Assembly: GCA_050916045.1 (NCBI GenBank)
Contig: CP051526.1
Location: forward strand, 3,936,001-4,000,000
Reading direction: 5' to 3'
Source of the DNA: Tepidisphaera sp.
Lineage (GTDB): Bacteria; Planctomycetota; Phycisphaerae; Phycisphaerales; UBA1924
Length of the DNA stretch: 64,000 bases
The position numbers were made by a program, and so were the translations under genes. Shown piece by piece: positions 60,627 through 64,000 of this stretch. Under the pieces are notes generated by a model. That model ran no database searches, was not told the DNA's origin, and saw only the letters and a program-made list of their open reading frames with translations. Each line of letters begins with the position of its first letter. Positions within the stretch are counted from its first letter, which is position 1.

Positions 60627-60914
60627 ATGCAGCAACGCCGACTCAGGCCCACGCTGATCGCGATCAACGGGGTGCTCGCCCTTCTGGTGGCGGGCGCTTT
60701 CGCGACCGCTCAGCCCGCCGCGCAGCCCCGCCTTCGTGGCGAGTACACGATGGTGGCCGGTCGTACCTCAGCCAGCGGCAAGGACGCGATCTATATCCTC
60801 GATGTGACCAACCGCGAGATCATCGCGCTGCGGTGGGAGAACTCCCGCCGGTCGCTCGTGGGCATCGGATACCGCAGTCTGGACGCTGATTCCGCTCTTC
60901 CCCCCGCGAGGTGA
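60627..60914 (+). CDS. Small exported hypothetical protein (95 aa)
   Basis: AAGGAG Shine-Dalgarno; signal or anchor sequence; short beta-rich domain. Confidence 0.8.
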   Translation: MQQRRLRPTLIAINGVLALLVAGAFATAQPAAQPRLRGEYTMVAGRTSASGKDAIYILDVTNREIIALRWENSRRSLVGIGYRSLDADSALPPAR

Positions 60915-60916
60915 AC

Positions 60917-61264
60917 ATGAAGACTCTCTCCCACCGGCTGACCGCCGAGGGTTGGCTGACGCTTTCCGCTCTGGCGCTCGCCGCCATTCTGGGTTTGATC
61001 TGGACGACCCGTCCGCAAGCGACCGCTTCGAACTGGGGCGTGCTCGAGTCCACCGCGCTCGCGAACCCGATGGTCTCGCACGTCGGAGGCGTCACGATGA
61101 TGACCACCGACGCGCAGACGGACGAGGTTCTGCTGGTGCTCGACAACCGGACCGAATCGCTCATGGTGTACCGCGTTCAAAACGTCACCTCGGTCGAACT
61201 GCTTCAGCGGGCTTCGGTCAGCGCGATGTTCACCGACGCCCGCACCAAAGCCCTCGGCAAGTGA
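60917..61264 (+). CDS. Small exported hypothetical protein (115 aa), probable paralogue of the preceding gene
   Basis: GAGGTG before ATG; N-terminal TM; beta-rich domain alignable by eye to 60627-60914. Confidence 0.8.
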   Translation: MKTLSHRLTAEGWLTLSALALAAILGLIWTTRPQATASNWGVLESTALANPMVSHVGGVTMMTTDAQTDEVLLVLDNRTESLMVYRVQNVTSVELLQRASVSAMFTDARTKALGK

Positions 61265-61323
61265 CGATCCCCCTTCCTGCTTGAAATCGGAGTCGCGCCC
61301 TGCGCGATCCGTCAAGGATTCCG

Positions 61324-62919
61324 ATGCCCATCTTCCCGCTGCCTCAGTTCGAGGCCGATCTGAAAGAGCACCTCGACGCCGAGGACAAAAAGACGTACGA
61401 CGCGCTCCAGGTTCCCAAGACCGTCGTCGTCCGTTTCGGCGCGATGAAGCTCATCGGCGAGTTCCCCTACGACCTCAAGGTCAAGCCCGGCTGCGGGAGC
61501 AAGCTCGTCGTCCGCACCTTCCGCGGCACCGAGCTTGGTGAGATGCTCACCTCCACCTGCCCCAACAGCGGCTGCTCCAAAAGCGTGTCCCGCCAGGACA
61601 TGCTCAAGTACATCGAGAACTCCGGCGGCAAGGACTACCCCTTCTTCACCGACGGCAAGGTCGTCCGCGTCGCTACGCCCGAGGACATGCAAGCCCAGGC
61701 CCAGATCGAGCAGAGCAAGCACGAGCTCAACGTCCGCGCACGCTCCGTCGTCGCGCGCATGGGCATCGACGTCAAGATCGTCGAGGTCGAGCCGATCCTC
61801 GGGGCCGAGCGACTGACCGCTTACTACCTCTCCGAGCACCGCCTCGAACTGCACCACGTCGCCCGCGAGCTCTCAGCCGAGTTCCGCCTGCGCGTGGACA
61901 TGCGGCAGGTCGGCGCCCGCGACGAAGCCCGCCTGGTCGCCGACTACGAGAAGTGCGGCCAGTATTGCTGCTGCAAGAGCTTCCTCAAGGTGCTCAAGCC
62001 CGTCTCGATGAAAGCGGCCAAGACGCAGAAAGCCACGCTCGAGCCCCTCAAGATCTCGGGCCGCTGCGGACGCCTCATGTGCTGCTTGCGGTACGAGGAA
62101 CAGACCTACGACGACCTCAAAGCCCGCCTCCCACGGCGCAAGTCCCGCGTCGGAACGCCCGAAGGCGATGGCACCGTCATCGATTCCCAGATTCTGACCC
62201 AGCTTGTGCTCGTCGAGCTTGATGAACTCGACGGCGCCACCGGGCAGATCAAGACCGCCGCGATCGCGGTGGAAGACCTCACCGAGCCCAAGAGCAAGAC
62301 ACCGCCCGAGCGACCCGCGTTTGATGCGCCCCCCATGCGTGGCGGCGATCGACGCGGACCCCGCCCGAGCGCGCCCGGCGGCCCGACCGCGAGCCCGCCC
62401 CCGCGCCGCGACGGCGCGCCGCCCCCGCCGCGCCCCAGCGGTGACCGCGGAACCGATCGCCCGCAGGAGCGCCGGCCCGAACGCGGTGAACAGCGCGGTG
62501 AACAGCGCGGAGAGCCGCGGACGGATCAGAAAGGCGACCAGCGCCAGGACCAGCGCGGAGACCGTCGTCCGTCCGGACGGCCGGACCAGCGGCCCCGTCG
62601 CGAGAACCCGCAAGGCCAGCCGCGACCGCAGCAGCCCCGCCCGCCCGCACCGGGCGGTGCTCCGAACGGCACCCCAAACGCCGCGCCCGGTGGCCAGCGC
62701 CCGACGCCGGAAGCTCCCGATGCCGACGGACCGGACGAAGTGATGTTCGACGACCAGGGCAACGAGGTCGGACCCGAGCAGTCTGGATCCGGGCCCTCCG
62801 GCGGAGCATCCAACGGTCCGGCGAGTGGTGATCGCCGTCGCCGCCGACGTCGCCGAGGTCGTGGTGGCGGTGGTGGCGGTGGCGGTGGGAACGCGCCGTC
62901 GTCCGGCCCGCCCGTGTGA
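61324..62919 (+). CDS. ricT: PSP1 / RicT (YaaT) family Fe-S protein with long disordered C-terminal tail
   Basis: MRQVGARDEA, CGQYCCCKSFL, KISGRCGRLMCCLRYE. Confidence 0.9.
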   Translation: MPIFPLPQFEADLKEHLDAEDKKTYDALQVPKTVVVRFGAMKLIGEFPYDLKVKPGCGSKLVVRTFRGTELGEMLTSTCPNSGCSKSVSRQDMLKYIENSGGKDYPFFTDGKVVRVATPEDMQAQAQIEQSKHELNVRARSVVARMGIDVKIVEVEPILGAERLTAYYLSEHRLELHHVARELSAEFRLRVDMRQVGARDEARLVADYEKCGQYCCCKSFLKVLKPVSMKAAKTQKATLEPLKISGRCGRLMCCLRYEEQTYDDLKARLPRRKSRVGTPEGDGTVIDSQILTQLVLVELDELDGATGQIKTAAIAVEDLTEPKSKTPPERPAFDAPPMRGGDRRGPRPSAPGGPTASPPPRRDGAPPPPRPSGDRGTDRPQERRPERGEQRGEQRGEPRTDQKGDQRQDQRGDRRPSGRPDQRPRRENPQGQPRPQQPRPPAPGGAPNGTPNAAPGGQRPTPEAPDADGPDEVMFDDQGNEVGPEQSGSGPSGGASNGPASGDRRRRRRRRGRGGGGGGGGGNAPSSGPPV

Positions 62920-62951
62920 TCCGCGCGAACGTCGAGTCCGATCGTACTGCA

Positions 62952-63929
62952 ATGCCCGACCAAACTGTTCGCACGGTGGAATCCGCACATCCGCACCAGT
63001 GTCTGGGCTGCGGATATGACCTTACCGGGATCGCGGTCGACGCGATGTGCCCCGAGTGCGGGATAAACGTTGCGGATTCCCTCCCTGCCTCGCTCGCTCC
63101 GCCGATCTCAGCCGACACTGTCGTGGCGAGCCCACACCCCCAGCCGTGCTTCCGGTGCTTCTACGACCTGCGCGGAGTGCCGATGCTCTCGCCCTGCCCA
63201 GAGTGCGGCCTTCCGGTCGCGGATTCGCTTCGAACGCTGAAACTTCACTTCGCCGATCCGCGATACCTCGAGCGGCTTCGCTCCGGGCTTCGGCTTGTTC
63301 GGCGGTCCATTCAAGCACTCACGCTCACGGTCGTCATCACGCTGCCGGCCATCCTCTTGCTCGTGGTTTTCAGTCCGGGACTTCCCGGGTGGCTCGCGAT
63401 CTTCTTTGCCGGCGCGGCATCCGCCATCATGCTTGTTGCGATGTGCATCGGGTATATCCGCATCACCCGACAGGAGGCCGGTCTGCCCACGGTCGAGCGT
63501 CCCACGCATTCCGCCGCGATCCTGCAGATCGCGTCGTACGCACTGATCGCGCTGGTCGCGGTCAGTCTCGCGGTGTTGACGATCCAGCTCGAGTGGCTTC
63601 CCGTGGAGGCCTACGCGGTGATACTCCTGCTGGCATGGATGCTGCTCTGTGTGCAGGCGGTGGCCGCGATGAACTGCGTTCGGTGGTACGCTCGCCGAGT
63701 CCCAGACGTGACACTCGAGGGCTGGTGCAGAAAGCAGCGTGTGCTCCTGCCGATCCTGTTTCTCTTTGGCATCTCCACCCCGATGATGGCCGGCACGTTC
63801 GTCGCGATCTTCCTTTACCTGCGGATTCTCGGCCGCTTGCAAAAGCACCTCACCTCGATCGAGAAGACCGGCGTGCCCGCGTTTGTCCCCGGTTCCTTCG
63901 CCCAACGCGACCTGACCGCGACAACGTGA
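62952..63929 (+). CDS. Multi-TM membrane protein with two N-terminal zinc ribbons
   Basis: CLGCGYDLTG...CPECG and CFRCFYDLRG...CPECG, then about six TM segments. Confidence 0.8.
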   Translation: MPDQTVRTVESAHPHQCLGCGYDLTGIAVDAMCPECGINVADSLPASLAPPISADTVVASPHPQPCFRCFYDLRGVPMLSPCPECGLPVADSLRTLKLHFADPRYLERLRSGLRLVRRSIQALTLTVVITLPAILLLVVFSPGLPGWLAIFFAGAASAIMLVAMCIGYIRITRQEAGLPTVERPTHSAAILQIASYALIALVAVSLAVLTIQLEWLPVEAYAVILLLAWMLLCVQAVAAMNCVRWYARRVPDVTLEGWCRKQRVLLPILFLFGISTPMMAGTFVAIFLYLRILGRLQKHLTSIEKTGVPAFVPGSFAQRDLTATT

Positions 63930-63947
63930 GGCCGATGCAGCACTCGG

Positions 63948-64000
63948 TCAGAAAACTCGCAGAAGCTGCAGAGCGATCGCGGCGTAGACACCGGCGATCA
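63948..64000 (-). CDS. 3' end of a gene entering from the right, possibly phosphatidylglycerophosphatase A
   Basis: Minus strand reads ...IAGVYAAIALQLLRVF*, similar to PgpA C-termini; only 16 codons are visible. Confidence 0.4.
   Translation of the reverse strand, partial: IAGVYAAIALQLLRVF

Noticed and set aside
62479..62510. Short GAACAGCGCGGT-type tandem repeat in ricT
   Set aside because: Encodes ERGEQRGEQRGE within a low-complexity tail; an ordinary coding repeat.

Overview
GC-rich chromosomal window, most likely from a Phycisphaerales planctomycete. This is inferred from a GC-type dockerin C-terminus, a VPAP-type PEP-CTERM tail and several CxxC...CPECG zinc-ribbon membrane proteins. 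It holds about 54 CDS and one tRNA-Leu(TAG). Most genes are housekeeping: ppdK (partial), pabB-like, MacAB-TolC-type exporter, dxr, rne, ptsI, rho-like, purC, phoU, sucD, mqnC, cysteine desulfurase, acnA, recQ, ruvX and ricT/PSP1. I found no CRISPR array, integrase, intact transposase or prophage. Most notable observations: (1) a Rho homologue lacking its whole N-terminal RNA-binding domain, replaced by an Arg/Gly- and Gln/Asn-rich tail whose R6-9-G(G)RGGG motif is shared with RNase E and RicT in the same window; (2) an accessory patch of about 2 kb (30.8-32.7 kb) with a 21-nt-period palindromic array upstream of an uncharacterised gene and three different REP-like inverted repeats; (3) three small envelope proteins, two apparently paralogous, upstream of ricT; (4) two apparent pseudo-enzymes, a GH10-like protein and a trypsin-like domain fused to DUF3299; (5) strand-composition blocks and a strict AAA-GCC/GAA-GCC codon-pair bias in acnA. 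All calls come from motif recognition by eye. No searches were run, and many start codons are best guesses.
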